In this document: piece by piece, positions 46,356 through 60,541 of the stretch
Layout: every line of letters begins with the position of its first letter
How positions within the stretch are numbered: the stretch's first letter is position 1
Source: Azolla caroliniana
Lineage: Eukaryota; Plantae; Polypodiophyta
Reading direction: 5' to 3'
Length of the DNA: 64,000 nucleotides
Assembly: GCA_043228905.1 (NCBI GenBank)
Contig: JBHGNT010000018.1
Coordinates: 14,756,001-14,820,000 of the forward strand
Made by a program: the position numbers and the translations under genes
Notes under the pieces: model-generated
Told to the model about the DNA's origin: nothing
Seen by the model: only the letters and a program-made list of their open reading frames with translations
Databases searched by the model: none

Positions 46356-49300
46356 TGTTGAGTGGACAAGCTCAACCGGAGCCGTATCGGTATCCGGAAC
46401 GAAGAGCCGGATAAGTATCCAGATCCGTAACCGGAACCAAGAGCCGGATTGGATTGTAACCAGTAAGCCGTTAGAGGCGTACAATCTTAGCCTAGTACAT
46501 AGGCATATTCCTTGGAGTTAGTGTCAGTCACTCGTATGAGCATTGAAGTACTTGTGAGTACTTTTGTCAGTCCTTTTAAGGACTTGTATAAAAAGTGTTT
46601 TGTAGGACATATGTATGCATAGAGTGATATTTTGTAATTAAGCTTTTACTGTTCTGCTCTCTTTGTCTCTCCTATTTACTCTCTCTATGTGATTAAGCTT
46701 TCCATTAAACCTGTGTATATTTTCTGTTAACATCCGGTGAAATCGGTTAAGTCTTCAAGCTTCCGCACGTAATTATTTACATGGTATCAGAGTGCGAGGG
46801 TTGAGAATCCTCTACTGTTGACAAAAAGCCTAAGTAGTGTGAGAATTTATGCTATTTTCACATAGGTAGAAGAGTAGTAGGCCATTTGTAATTCATAATA
46901 TATGTTTAATTAGTGATAGAAATTGAAATCTCATGAGACATAAGAAGAAATTCATGTAATTAGACAAGCATATACATGAAATAGATTATATTAGAAGAGG
47001 ATTATTGCTTATACATGAGCATGAATAGCTTAGATGATTTAGGAGAGAAGAGGATTAACATAAGTTAATCCTAGCTTGTGGAAGGTGCTTCTTTATTTTT
47101 AGCACACACTCTTACATCCAAACATTGCCTTTTATAGGAGAAGTTGTCTCTTTCTAGTTGCATGTCTAATTTGAGTGTTTCGTCATTTCCATATATTTTT
47201 GACCATTGCTTTGCTCCTCTTTTTCTTCCTTCATGCACACTTCTTTGCTCCACCATAGAATTACTCTTTTACTTTTTTTCTTGCTCACTACTTTTAAAGT
47301 AAACACATAGATATATGTCTAATATAAAATCTTTATAACATATTTTAATTATTAGTATTATCAACTATGTTATTATATTTTAATAATATACTAGGCTACT
47401 TAATATATACTTATTTATTAAATAAAACTTATATCCTAGTTATAAAAACTCAATATACTAATGAGCTTGCTTATTTCAACAAGTAGACCAAAGAAAAACT
47501 AACTTCCGGAAAAGAGAACGGACCAAAGAAAGAATGGACAAAGGTATGGCAAGCTCGTTTCCTACAAAGAAGCTTGATAGAAGCAATTATGCATCTTGGT
47601 CTTACAAGATCCACCCGTACTTTCTTGGACACAGTTATTTGAGCTATGTCGAGGGAGCGAATGAAGTGGCACTAGAGCCGACACACAAAGACTTCCCGGC
47701 ATGGCAGCAAGGAACGACTAGAGTGTTGTACTGCCTTGCATCTTGTGTGCACGATCAGATGTGGCCGGCCAGACTTTGTGATGAAGTACAAGGGAAACTC
47801 GATGAAGAAGACCACTTCCACATTAGAGGAAGTGTGGTATGTTAACTCCAGAGCATCAAACCACATGACGAGCCATGAAGAGTGGTTCACATATTTGGAA
47901 AAACTAGAGCAACCGGGAGTTGTCGAAACCGGAGACGACACTCCTCACCCGATCGAGCATGTCGGTGAAGTCCCTTTGAGTCATGTCGGACAAAAGGGAA
48001 AGTTGGTGAATGTTTTACATGTTCTAACAATCACGAATAACCTGGTGTCAGTCAGACAGATCATCGACCAGAGGATGCAAGTGTGATTTACGCACCTCGG
48101 GTGCTTCATCGAGGAAGAGGGCTGGATCATCGCGCAAGGGTGTCGGGACTAGAGGATGTTTATCCTCGATACCAATGAGATCAGCATCACTTTGTTCGCA
48201 AAAGGTCAGAAGGTTGAGTCGGATATCGACTTGTGCCATAAGAGGATAAGACACGTTAACTATTGGAGGCTTCAAGCTCTGCAATCGAAACAAATTGTTT
48301 TTGGATTGTTGAAATTTAGTGGCCGGAAGGCCCAAATTTGTGAAGCCTGCCAGCTCGGGAAGCAACACCGGCTTTCATTCCCCACCGAGAGAAAGATCAA
48401 GTGCTAGTAGTCGGATGGTAGAAAATGGTATTTTTCCTACCAATTCAATAGTGTTATCTGCAACAGAAAGGAATTAGGAGGGAATTCAGCTGCTGATACA
48501 CTCCGGAATAAAACTATGTGGCCGAAAGGAAGAACTAGTCGATTTTGGAGGCGGCACGGGCAATGCTGGAAGAGAAGAGCATGCCCAAATTCTTTTGGGC
48601 CGAAGCAGTCCTGACGGCCATCTACATCCAAAACCGGATCGGGGAGAAGATGTCAAGACACGAGCTGTATTTCAGGTGGAAGTTGAACTTAAGACACCTC
48701 ATGATATTCGGTAGCATAGCCTATGTGCATGTATCGGATGAGAAACAAAGGAAGCTAAGTCTGAAGTCGGAGAAGTGAATACTAGTCGACTGCTCACATG
48801 AGCAAAAAGGGGAATAAGCATTATAACCCCCGAACAAAACAAGTTCGAGTATATGCCGAGACGTCGAGTTCGATGAGTCTGCATCATGGTACTCTTTACC
48901 AACTCCAACCCGATTTTGGAAGATGAAGCTAGTGAGCCCAAAACAATCCGGACAGAATAGTTTGGTACTCTAGATGAGAGTCCGATCTTATTCTGGCTGA
49001 GTGACTCAATGAAGAGCTGAGTCGAAAAGACCAGCATGATGATGAGCTAGTGAGTAGTGGAGACACAACAGTGCTCTCCCCGCATAAGGAATCGAGGAGA
49101 CGGTTCACACACAAAGAGAAGGGGAAGAAAAAGATGCCCAAATATGACATCGGAAGAGACAAGTCAAATAAGAGTCAATCCGACTCTGGAAAGAACGAAT
49201 ACGGACCTTCATAGACGAACGAAGTTCGAGTGGGCCAAGAGGGCCTTGAAATCGGCTAACGAGAAGTTATGCCGATCGACACGCCAGAAGAACCCCATAA

Positions 49301-49583
49301 AATAGTATGGGTATAATGAGTACATGGTGCATCACTACGCGTACATGACGAGAGTGGCGGAAGTGCGTGAGCCGGAGTGTTATGCAGAAGCGGCAAAGGA
49401 CATGTAATGTTGTGCCGAGATGGAGGAAGAGATGTGGGCACTTCATGCCAACAACACATGAGACTTGTTTGATCCTCCCTGACATTGGAAACCGATCGGT
49501 TGCAAGTGGGTGTACAAGGTAGAGTATAACGCCAACGGTTCGGTCAACCGGTACAAGGCCCGGTTAGTGTCCAAGGGATATGT
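46356..49583 (+). mobile_element. Copia of family B: 5' LTR 46356-46781 and internally deleted, degenerate gag-pol
   Basis: LTR ends resemble element B and PBS TGGTATCAGAG abuts the LTR. MDKGMASS..., SNHMTSHEEWF, FWAEAV. Deletions near 47762 and 48392. Confidence 0.9.
46838..47481 (-). mobile_element. AT-rich solo LTR (644 bp) in the copia leader
   Basis: TG...CA ends, perfect 5-bp TSD AGTAG (46833-46837 and 47482-47486), minus-strand CTATAAAAGG near 47135. Confidence 0.85.
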
Positions 49584-52500
49584 TGTTGGGAATTCGGTCC
49601 CTCTGAATGGGATCCGGATCGGACGAGTCCAAGGAAGGAACCAGACCGGACCGGAAGATATCCGGATGGATCTGGTGTGAACTAGATCCAGGGACATATC
49701 TTCATTTATATGTTTTTGGTGTGCTTATAAAGGCTATATTTGTAAATAGTCTTAAATTCATATAAGTATAAATATGACTTAGGGCAATCACTTTGTTGTT
49801 GTTGTTGTTGTTAGTTGTATCATAGTAGTATATATATAGAGAGAGAAGTGAAGCCACCGATTTGTGAAGATACAAAGCTCGAGGTCGTCGCCTTTGAGTC
49901 TCCTGTTGTACCTCCTTTCTCGTATAGTGATAGTTGGAGTCTATGGGCTCCCGTGGTTTTTCCCTATTAGGGTCTTCCATGTAAACATCCAGTGTCATCT
50001 CTTCTGTGTAAGTGTACGAACCTTCATCTCTATTTTGTTCTTTCATAAATTATTTGAGTCTCAGTTGTGGCCAAATGCTATTCTGCACAAACTGGTATGA
50101 GAGCAAACAAGAAAATGGAAGAGTCATTCGGAAGCATGTTCAAGCTCACCGACTCCAACTATCCAGTGTGGAAATCGAAGATGAGGGACATGCTCGTGGT
50201 CAAAGATCTCTGGTTGTTGGTACAATTCGGGGAAAAGAAACTCGACAAGATCGATGCCACGATATGGGAGGTGATGCACATGAAGACAACGACATACATA
50301 AGATGTTTCATTGACATGAGCCTGTACAACAACTTCAACGAAGAAAGCAAGGCTCATGAACTTTGGGAGAAGGTAGGCATCATGTTCCTGAACAAGAATG
50401 TCGTGAATCAAGTCTCGATTTTCCAAAAGCTAGAGAGACTCGGATATCAAGACGGCTCGAGGATGGCAGAGCACATGAATGGCTTCCATGGGCTCATAAA
50501 TCAAGCCACCTCGTTGGAAGTACCTCGGGCCGATTAGGTACTTGCATTGCTATTGCTCGATTCCTTCCCGGATAGTTGGGAAACGTTAGTTGTCACTTTG
50601 GGTAACGTCGGGCCGGAGGGAAGCAACTATCCCTAGCAAGAGTGAAGTCGAGCTTGCTAGATGAAGAGGCGCGTCGGAAAGACAAGGAAGTGATCTCCGA
50701 CCCAAAAACCTTGATTTCCGAATCCGACACACAACGAGGGAGAAACCGGTACCAGAGTCCCTAGAACCGGGAAAAGTCGGGGACAAGGTCAAAGTCAAGG
50801 GGGAGGCCTACTTGCTTCTATGGTGGGGTGCCAGGACAGTTCCAGAAGAACTGTCGGCACTTTCGGAAAGAGAAAGGGACCGGCAACACCGATTCAAAGA
50901 AGAGTTCGGACCGAAATGGTTCAGATCGGAGGGGTCCGGATCGGAAAGGAACGTTGGCAATCGTGACAAGTGAAGAAAAACTGTTGCTCATCATCGAGGA
51001 GAATGAGTTAAACCTTGTTGGCGATGAGACAACGTAGGTTGTCGATTCCAAAGCATCGTTCCACCTGACGCCGAACCGGAAATGCTTCTCATCCTACACT
51101 ACCGGAGATCACGGTCGTGTCCAAATGGGGAATGAAGGGTCATGCCGAAGTCTCAACATAGGAGATGTGTGGTTGACGACATCAACCGGGTGCAAGTTGC
51201 TGCTGAAGGCTGTCTGACACATTCCGTAGGTTCAGTTGAACCTGATATCAGCCGGTCGGCTAAATGATGAAGGCTACATGGGTAGCATCCGGAACGGAGT
51301 CATGAAATTCAGCAAAGGAAGCCTGATTGTGGCTCGAGCCTGGAAGATCAACATGTTGTACTTGATGCATTCCTAGATATGCCGGGAAGAAGTGAACATA
51401 GCATCCGACAATACGGTGAGCTGCGGCACAAGAGACTGTGTCATATGAACCAGAAGGGGATGAGAAGACTTGCTGAAGATAACCTCATTCTGGAGGTGAA
51501 AGACTTGCATCTTGAGAAATGCACCGATTTCTTGGCCGGCAAGCAAAACTGAACCTCCTTTCGGTCAAGACCACTGATGAGATGGAATGCATCACTAGAG
51601 CTGGTACATACCAATGTGTGTCAAATAGACACAAAGTCACATGCCGGATCACAGTACTTCGTGACGTTCATAGACGACCACGGCCGGAAGCTGTGGGTCT
51701 CATCGTTGAAGACGAAGGATTAGGTGTTGTCCCTCTTCAAAGAGCTCCACGCGAGAGTGGAAAGGGAAACTGGCTGGAAGCTAAAGGCAGTTCGAGAAGA
51801 TAACGGAGGCGAATATTGGGGGCAGTTCGAGGAGTACTTCAGGTCGAAGGGAATTTGGCTTGAATTCACTGTGCCGATGACGCCGGAATTGAACGAGTTG
51901 GCTGAACAAATGAACTGGACCATAATGGAGAGAGTCCAAAGCATGCTAGCACATGCAAAGTTATCCAAGATGTTTTGGGCTGAGGCACTGATGATGGCGA
52001 CGTTCATGATTAACATATCACCCTCAACACCCTTGGAAGGAGACACACCACAAAGAGTATGGACCGATAAAGACGTGCCTTATCGGCATCTGAAGGTGTT
52101 CGGGTGTCTCGCATATGTCAATGTCGCAAAGGAGAAGAGAGCAAAGTGGACCTGAAGTCCTGTCCATGCATATTCCTTGGATACAGCGATCATGGGTTCG
52201 GTTACCGAGTGTGGGATTTGGTCAACAAGAAGGTGTTCCGTAGTCGGGACATAGTCTTCATGGAAGACAAGACCATTGCCGACTTGGAGTCGGAGAAGAA
52301 GATGATGGACTCCGGATCAACCAACGAAAACTGGTTTGAGGACACAAGGACTTACTTGGTTGAAAACCGAAAGTTAGCTGGTAACCAGACGACACTCGAT
52401 GAACTGACCGGATTTGGACAAGAAACCGAACCGACTGAAGACGAAGAAGAAGAAGACATTGGAACCGGACAGGATGAGGAGCAAATGGAGGAACCAGTAG

Positions 52501-53990
52501 TCGGAAATCAAGGACGGAGATATCCTCTAAGAGAGAGAAGAGCCCCCGAGAGATTTCCGAAGGCAAAGCATGTGCTATTAAGTGATGAAGGGCAGCCAAA
52601 AAGCTTCGAAGAAGCTAAGAAAGACACCCACAACCGCAAGTGGTTGAGTGCCATGCAGGATGAGATGGATTCCCTGCATGAGAACCATACATATGAGTTG
52701 ACGGAGCTGCGGAAAGGAAATAGGGCACTCTGAAACAAGTGGGTGTACAAGCTGAAACCGGGAGATGCAGGAAATCCACTCAGGTACAAAGCCCGGATTG
52801 TGGTGAAGGGGTTTCAGTAGAAGAAAGGTGTGGATTTCGATGAGATCTTCGTCTCAATTGTAATGATGACATCCATCCGAACGGTATTGAGCATAGCAGC
52901 AAGCATGAACCTCGAGGTCGAGCAGCTCGACGTCAAGATGGCGTTCCCTCATGGTGAACTCAAGGAAGAAATCTACATGCAGCAACTAGAAGGATTTGAG
53001 AAGAATGGGAAGGAGTACCTAGTGTGCTGGCTGAAGAAGAGCTTATACGGATTGATGCAAGCTCCCCGACAATGGTACCAGAAGTTTGACTCCTTCATGA
53101 CTGACCAAGGGTACCACAAGACGCAAGACGATCATTGCGTATTTCTGAAGAACTTTGATGGAGGAGACTTCCAAATACTCCTTCTATACGTGGACGGCAT
53201 GTTGATCGTCGGATGAGACCAAATCAAGATCCGAATGCTGAAGAAGGCCCAGAACCAGACCTTCTGAATGAAAGATTTGGGTCTAGCAAGATAGATTTTG
53301 GGGATGCACATCATCCACAACAGGTCTAAAAAGCTGTTGTGGCTGTCACAAGAGAAGTACGTGACAAAGGTGCTTTTAGAGGTTCAACATGGCAGACACA
53401 AAGCCAGTTGGGTCAACACTGCTAGTGAACTGCAAGTTGTCCCGAAAACAGATCCTGAGGATGAAGGGAGAGAAGTCGGATATGATGAAGGTACCATATG
53501 CCTTTTCCGTTGGAAGCTTGATGTATGCAATGGTGTGCACCCGGCCGGATATTGCTTATGCTGTAGGAGTAGTTAGCCGATTCATGAGCAATCCGGGAAG
53601 AGAACACTGGAACGCGGTCAAGTGGATACTCCGGTACATGAAAGGCACCTCAAGTATGTGCCTGCGAGTATGTTGGCTGATGTGGATACTAGCCGAACCA
53701 CATTTTTGATACGTCATGACATATGCAGGGGGCGCCATATCGTGGCAGTCGAGGCTGCAGAAGTCCGTTGCACTGTGAACAACAAAAGCGGAGTACATTA
53801 CAGCTGTGGAAGCCAGCAAGGAAGTAATCTAGATGAAGGACTTCATCGGAGGAGCCGGATCAAACGAGCTGAAGGAAGGAACCAGACCGGGTGCCGCAAC
53901 CGGACCGGATCGGAAGATATTCGGATGGATCCGGTGTGAACCGGATTTAGGGACATATCTACAAAGGGACATATCTGCAAAGGGACATAT
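49584..53990 (+). mobile_element. Copia of C type: 5' LTR 49584-50089, degenerate gag-pol, deletion fusing RNase H to a 3' LTR fragment
   Basis: PBS TGGTATGAGAGC at 50093 and ATG at 50115 (MEESFGSMFKL). Many stops. 53853-53990 matches the U3 of the 5' LTR. Confidence 0.9.
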
Positions 53991-56900
53991 TTGCAAATGG
54001 TCTCAAACCCGACACCGACATAGAGCTATGGCATAAAAGAATCGGCCATATCAATCTCAACAAACTCAAGGCAATGCAATCGAAAGGAGTCGTCATCGGG
54101 CTCCCGACCTTCAAAGAGAAAGAGTTTGAAGGAGTGTGTGAAGCATGCCAATTCGGCAAGCAACATTGGCACCCATTGCCAAAGGAGATGAACGTGAGCA
54201 AAGGCCTATTGGACGTAGTCCACTCCGATGTGTGGGGACCGGCACAAACGGCTACGTTCAGAGGATGTTGGTACTATGTTACCTTCATCAATGACTTCTC
54301 TAGATACACAAGGATCTTCCCCATGAGGATGAAGAGCGAAGTGTTTACACACTTCCAAAAATTCAAAAGCGAAGTTGAAATGACAACTGGCCACCATGTA
54401 CGATGTCTTCGGTCAAATGGAGAAAAGGAATACTTCTCCGATGCATTCACGGCATACCTTTGACAAGAAGGAATTCGGCGAGAATTCACTTGCCGACACA
54501 CACCGCAACAGAATGGTGTAGCCGAACGAAAGAATCGACACCTCCTCGAGGTAGCACAGACCATGCTCAACGAGAAGCATATACCTAAGTCATATTAGGT
54601 AGAAGCTGCATATACCGCCGCCTACCTCATGAACCGGTGCACAACATCCGGAGTGCACGAGGTCACCCCACACGAGAAATACTATGGGAAGAAGTTGGAT
54701 GTATCCCATGTAAGGATATTCGGCTCCATTGCATACGTGCACATTCCCGATGAGAAGCGGCAAAAGCTTGACCCAAAATCAAAGAACTACATCCTCGTGG
54801 GGCACTCACTGGAGCAGAAGGGGTATAAGTGCCTCAACCCCTCTACTCGGAAGACTCATGTAAGTGGGGATGTCGTCTTTAACGAATCGACATCATGGTA
54901 CAAACCCGGGCCGACTCCTCCCGAACCATCTATGAACGATCTCGACAACACAGAAGAGGATGATCAACTAAAGTCAATACTCGAAGAGAGTCCGATCTCA
55001 AGCAGATTGAGCGGACCACAAGAGCCTTTGAGCAACCAAAGGACATCTCAGCCAAGTCCAAAGATGGACAAAGGGAAGGCCAAAATTACGGAATATGAAG
55101 ACGATGACTTCGACGACAACGAATCAACTCATTCACTCAATAGTGAGTTCGATGGATTTGATGTGCCTCTTATGGGGTCACCCGGAGTTGAGAAAGCACT
55201 CACATCGGCAAATGAGAAACTCCGTCACTCCACCCGAGAGAAGAATTTGGTTAGCCGATTCAGCTACAACGGCTATATGGCATACCACTATGCCTTTATG
55301 ATCAAGGTGGCAGCAGTTCGAGAACCAGAGAGCTTTGCCAAAGATGTTAAAGATCTGCGATGGGTCAAAGCGATGAATGAGGAGATGCAAGGTTTTAGCA
55401 AGAATGAGACATGGGATCTCGTTCCTCACTCACCGCACAAGAAGGCAATCAGTTGTAGATGGATATACAAAGTGAAGTATAATGCCGACAGTTCCGTCAA
55501 CCGCTACAAAGTGTTAGGAAACAGGTCCCTCCGGATGGGAAGTGAGAAGAATAGTATTGATGAGCAAACTTGGCCGAGGCCTGTCGGCCTCGGCCGAAAC
55601 CAGATGTGGAGTACCTAGCAACGGAAGACCCGGTGAGAACCGGATGAGTAGTACCCGGCAAGAGCCGGATGGTGAAGACCCGATGAGAACCGGATGAAGA
55701 GTACCCGGCTAGAGCCGGATGGTGAAGGCCCGGTGAGAACCGGATGACAAGTGCTCGGCAAGAGCCGGATGATCCAGGCCCGGTGAGGAGTGCTCACCAG
55801 ATGAAGGGACATATTCGTAAATATGTTTTCTGAGAGTCCATCGGGGCTATATTTGTAAATAGCCGAAAAGTCACATTATTATAAATATGACTTAGGGCAA
55901 ACTCTTTTAAAGAGTTGTTGTCATTCTTGTTGGCGCAAGACTAGAGAGCGCGTAACAGTGTACAGAGAAGGAGAGAGAGAGGAAGAGGTCGTTGCCTCTA
56001 TTGTAACCGCCGCTTGTGGCGAAGATCGTGAGCACGAGGTTGTTGCCTCCGTGAGCTCACTGTTGTAATCATTGTGATATAGTGATAGTTAGCAGTTAGT
56101 GGACTGCCATGGTTTTTCCCTCTCAGGGTTTTCCATGTTAACATCCTGTGTACTCTTCTCTTCTTTGTGTCGTGCGTTCATTATCCGATTTCTGTGTTTG
56201 ATCTTAGACTCGGTTGTGGCCGAGTGTTGTTCATCGGGAGCATGTAGTTCCTGTCACAAAGCTCGACTCGTAGCAAAGGGCTATGCACAAACACAGGGCA
56301 TCGACAATGAAGAGACCTTTGCCCCGATGGAAAATATGACAACCGTGCGAACCGTGATAGCGCTTGCAGCAACGAAAGGGTGGCACCTCCACCAAATGGA
56401 TGTCAAGAACGCTTTTCTTCAAGGCGGATTAGAAGAGGAGGTGTACATGGTACAACCACCCGGCTTCGAATCCAACATTCATCCAAAAGTCATCTGTCAA
56501 CTCAAGAAGCCTCTCTACGGCCTTAAGCAAGCACCACGTGCTTAGCACTCGAAGATAACACAATATCTTCATGGAATCGGCTTCCGAATGTCAAAATCCG
56601 ACAATTCTCTCTATGTAAGAAGCGATTCTGAAAGTCCGATCGTCATCATCATATACGTGGATGATCTGGTCATTCGAGGTGAGCATCTAGTCAACATCAA
56701 CAAGGTCAAATCCCTCCTTTCCAACAAATTCAAGATGACGGACATGAAAGAGCTCCACTACTTCCTTGGCATCGAGGTAATTCGGATTCCAGCCGGGATT
56801 ATGGTCTCCCAACATCACTACATTCTCAACTTGTTATACAAGTTCAAGATAACTGAGTGCAAGTTTGTGGAAACATCAAACTAGATGCCAATTCTGGCAC

Positions 56901-57948
56901 CACAGAGTTTGAGCCGACTCAGTATCGACAACTAATCAGTAGTCTTATCTACCTCACGATCACTTGACCAGACCTGAGCTATCCAGTTGGCCTTCTTAGC
57001 TAGTTCATGCAAATGCCATGATATATCCATTTGGATTGTACTAAGAGAGTGCTACGATATATGAGTGGAACGATGGACTATGGCATTCTCTATAAGTCGG
57101 CCACACCAATTCAACTTGAGGGGTACACAGATGCCGATTGGGCAGGCTACAAAGCCGACCGACGATCAACCTCTGGTTTCATCTTCTCCCTCAAAAGTGG
57201 AGCCATCTCTTGGAGTAGCAAGAAGCAACCAACTATCGCTCTTTCAAGCGTAGAGGCCGAATACAGGGGCTCGGCAGTGGCTGCATGTGAAGCCGTATGG
57301 CTCAAGAGGATATTAAAGGATCTAGGCGTTCCCATCAACAATTTGATTCTCCTTTACTACGACAACATGGGCAGTATTTATCTACCTCGGAACCTGGTGT
57401 TCCACACATGCACGAAGCATATCGAAGTGCACTATCACTTCATTCGAGAGCGTGTTCAAACTGGCGATGTTGACCTTCAACATATCACTATGAATCTTCA
57501 AACAACCGACATCTTCACCAAATCCCTAGGAACCGACAAGCTTTGGCAATTCCTGTTGTCAATCCCTAGGTTGAGCTTGAGGGGGCGTGTTGAGAATCAA
57601 GCTCAACCTAATCTAGTGTGTGAACACACCCTTGAGAGTGTGCACTCAAAAGACAAAAGTCAGCACTCTTATCTACACATTAACTATGTGTCATAGAATC
57701 ATATTCTATGACACATAACTAATGTGTTTTCACATTCCCCATGACCCATGAGCTTCGGTAGTTAATGAAGAGCGAGAGAGAATATATAAAGCACTCTCCT
57801 CCTACTTTGTAATTAGTTCGGTTAATCTCCTTTGTAATATACATCTTCTTGAGTATTCTATTGTTTTTAAAAATCTATCTATCTTGTGTATGTGTGTGTG
57901 TGTGTGTGTGTGTGTCTCTCTCTCTCTCATACACACACACTCACAACA
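53991..57948 (+). mobile_element. Copia family B' 3' portion (INT-RT-RH, PPT, 3' LTR 57588-57948)
   Basis: ORFs 54074-54463, 54629-55618, 56588-56884 and 57031-57696. PPT AGCTTGAGGGGGCG. LTR TGTTGAG...CACAACA with (TG)n(TC)n. Confidence 0.9.
55512..56256 (+). mobile_element. Solo LTR of copia C type (745 bp)
   Basis: TGTTAGGAAAC...CCTGTCA with a perfect TSD CAAAG (55507-55511 and 56257-56261). The host frame NRYK|ARLVAKG is restored on removal. Confidence 0.95.
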
Positions 57949-59660
57949 CATATCTCTAGTCTATTCCACTACACAAGAATCACCATCGATTCTTTACACA
58001 TCCAAATAGTTTTGCCATTAATGAGCCAACCATGATGGTTCGATAGTTGTTGACATTATTTACATCTCCGCCTTTATGTAAAGGTTTGATCCAATTTGTA
58101 GTCCAATCATATGGCATACCATGTTGCAATGCATCATTAAACATATCGCATATCCATATATGTGCTTCCTTTCTCGTCCATTTGAGCATTTCAACTTTTA
58201 TACATTGAAGATCGCTTGCCTTTCGAGAGGCCAATTTCTTAAGTCCTATACATATATCTTCAATTGTAAAAAAGGGAGACATATGTGAAAGAGAACCATA
58301 ACACATCATCTTTCCGGCAAGAGATAACTCATATAAATTCTTACAATGCATAGACAAGTCATGAAGAGTTAAGTCACCATAACTCTTAACACGTTTCCCC
58401 TTTAGATTTCCCCAAAATTTAGCACATGCATGTGCTTTCTTTTGTGTTTGGAGAAGTTGTTGAGTAACTTCCCATATTCGTCTCTTTCTTTGAATAAGCC
58501 TTTTATAGTCATGCAAATGCTTTTGGTAATTTTCTTTATCCTTAACTACATCCAAAACCATAAGGCACTTTCGAGCTTCATGACATTCTTTATCAAACTA
58601 TTTTTTCTTACATTTCTTGGTGCATTTCCATGATATGCGGTTGGTCGAAAAACATTTGTTTGTACAAGAGATAATGACATTTGCATTCTAGTATGGCACC
58701 ATGTTCTATCTTTGTCATTTGTAACATATCCTCAACCATCTTAGAATACATGGGCGCTCGCTTAAGATTCATGCTCAAGTGCGTTTGTTTACAATCTTCA
58801 ATGACCTTCGCGCAATCAAGCCTATGCATACATTTGAGATCAGTACATAAATTCCTATGATCGGATTCCGATGTCCATTCCACTAGTGAGAATTTATGTA
58901 TACGATCCAAAATACCTTTGGAAAGTATCACATAGTCAATCACACTATTTCAATTGTGTTTTCTACATGTAAAGCCGTTAGTATAGAGCCACAAGGAAAT
59001 ACCATTTGCAATAAGCAACCCGGTACTATTGCACATTTGTAGGAGTAGTTTCCCAAATTGGTCCGGATCATTTTCATCGCTAGAAGATCGACTATACATT
59101 TGCATATCCTCTTGCATCCTTGAGATATGTGGCATGAAAGATTCTTGTGAATCAAGTTGGAAACTTCTTGTATGAGCATTCATGTCACCAAAGACAATAA
59201 CTTTCCCTTTGGATTTGAAATAAGCAATATCATCTTCTAGATTTGCAAAAGGTTGATCTTTATCCAAACAAGCATAGAAGTTAGAATCTTGGTGAGGAAT
59301 ATAATATCCAACAACAAAAGTGGGCAAATCATTAGGTATTTCTATTTTGAGCCATATGTAGCATTTATGTTCATCATTTTTTACGATTGATACATATTTC
59401 TCTATTTCCTTCTTAATCAAACATGCCACCCCTCCTTGTCCTCTTCTTTGTCTTGGATTTTTCTCCCATATCAAAGAGTGTACATTATAGTTTCCTAAAC
59501 CTAGAACCCTTTGAGTATCATGCTCCCATGTTTCAACAAGAAGTGTGATATCTGAGTCATCGACGAACTCCTCTATGCCGAATCCCACATTCCATGGGTA
59601 TCCATTGCAATTCCAAAAACATAGTCGTAAATGACGTGGTTTAGTTAATAGGTTACGTGA
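57949..59660 (-). pseudogene. LINE ORF2 (APE endonuclease and RT N-terminus), broken
   Basis: ORFs 58950-59588, 58608-58943 and 57980-58561. Confidence 0.88.
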
Positions 59661-59662
59661 CC

Positions 59663-60541
59663 CTATTTGCCTACATTTCCATCTTTAAGCACATCCTTAA
59701 CCTTATTTTTCAATCTTTCTTCATATGCTTTACGATGGGCATTTTGTTGTGAGATAGTACGATCTTCACTCACAAAGCATTGCGTACCTTGGAGGTATAC
59801 CCAACTATTTTCGAGTATGATCCGCTGCTTTGTATCATACGTCATTGTGCATACAATGGGCCTTTCTCCGGAGCGAGTAACAACATGTTTCCCAACTCGA
59901 TGTGCCACATATACATTCACATCTGATATCCCATAATGCATGCTAAAAAATTCACCAATGGCCTTTCCAAGGGAAGTGGGTGTTTCCATACTCTCCTCTT
60001 TAATCCCACGGATAACAATGTTCCTTGATCTTCGTTCACGCTCTTTCAATTCTCGGGCATCTATGATTTCTATATTCTTCTCTTGATGCATCACATGCAT
60101 ATTAGATGAGTTTGATACCCCATCCCAACCACATACATCGGCCCATGATATCGTTGTACATACATTTTTCATCTCACTTACATCCCGCCTCATCGTGTCT
60201 AATTTTCCTTCTTTTAATGCTTCCTTTAACCCAATCTTATTAAGGCACTCATTTGTTTCGAAAGAAGCTCTTTTACATTCTTGAATCTCTTCTTTAAGTT
60301 TTGGAACCACTTTCTTAAGAATTGCATTCTCAATGGCAATAGTTTGGAAATTAGCATTCTCTTTCATTAACATCCTAATCTCTTCACCTTGCTTGTTTAT
60401 GGTTTCTTGAAGAGAAATCAAGTGACTCATAAGCATTTTGTCCATTGTGTTTGTTGCATTGTAATCAACATTTGTTGGTGATTTCAGTTCATTATCAATC
60501 ATACTCCTGAACTTTGAGGCGGCCTTACAAGTGTGTGTCAT
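59663..60541 (-). CDS. LINE ORF1 protein (coiled coil plus RRM/CTD-like region), 292 aa, still open
   Basis: N-terminal heptads, SWADV, ERRSRNIVIRGIKE, HRVG, RPIV and FVSEDRT motifs typical of L1/L2/CR1-type ORF1. It lies directly upstream of the APE endonuclease. Confidence 0.85.
   Translation of the reverse strand: MTHTCKAASKFRSMIDNELKSPTNVDYNATNTMDKMLMSHLISLQETINKQGEEIRMLMKENANFQTIAIENAILKKVVPKLKEEIQECKRASFETNECLNKIGLKEALKEGKLDTMRRDVSEMKNVCTTISWADVCGWDGVSNSSNMHVMHQEKNIEIIDARELKERERRSRNIVIRGIKEESMETPTSLGKAIGEFFSMHYGISDVNVYVAHRVGKHVVTRSGERPIVCTMTYDTKQRIILENSWVYLQGTQCFVSEDRTISQQNAHRKAYEERLKNKVKDVLKDGNVGK

Noticed and set aside
46356-57948. One large copia spanning LTR 46356 to LTR 57588
   Set aside because: The LTR bodies differ, the flanks GGCAG and CATAT do not match, and the internal regions overlap in domain content.
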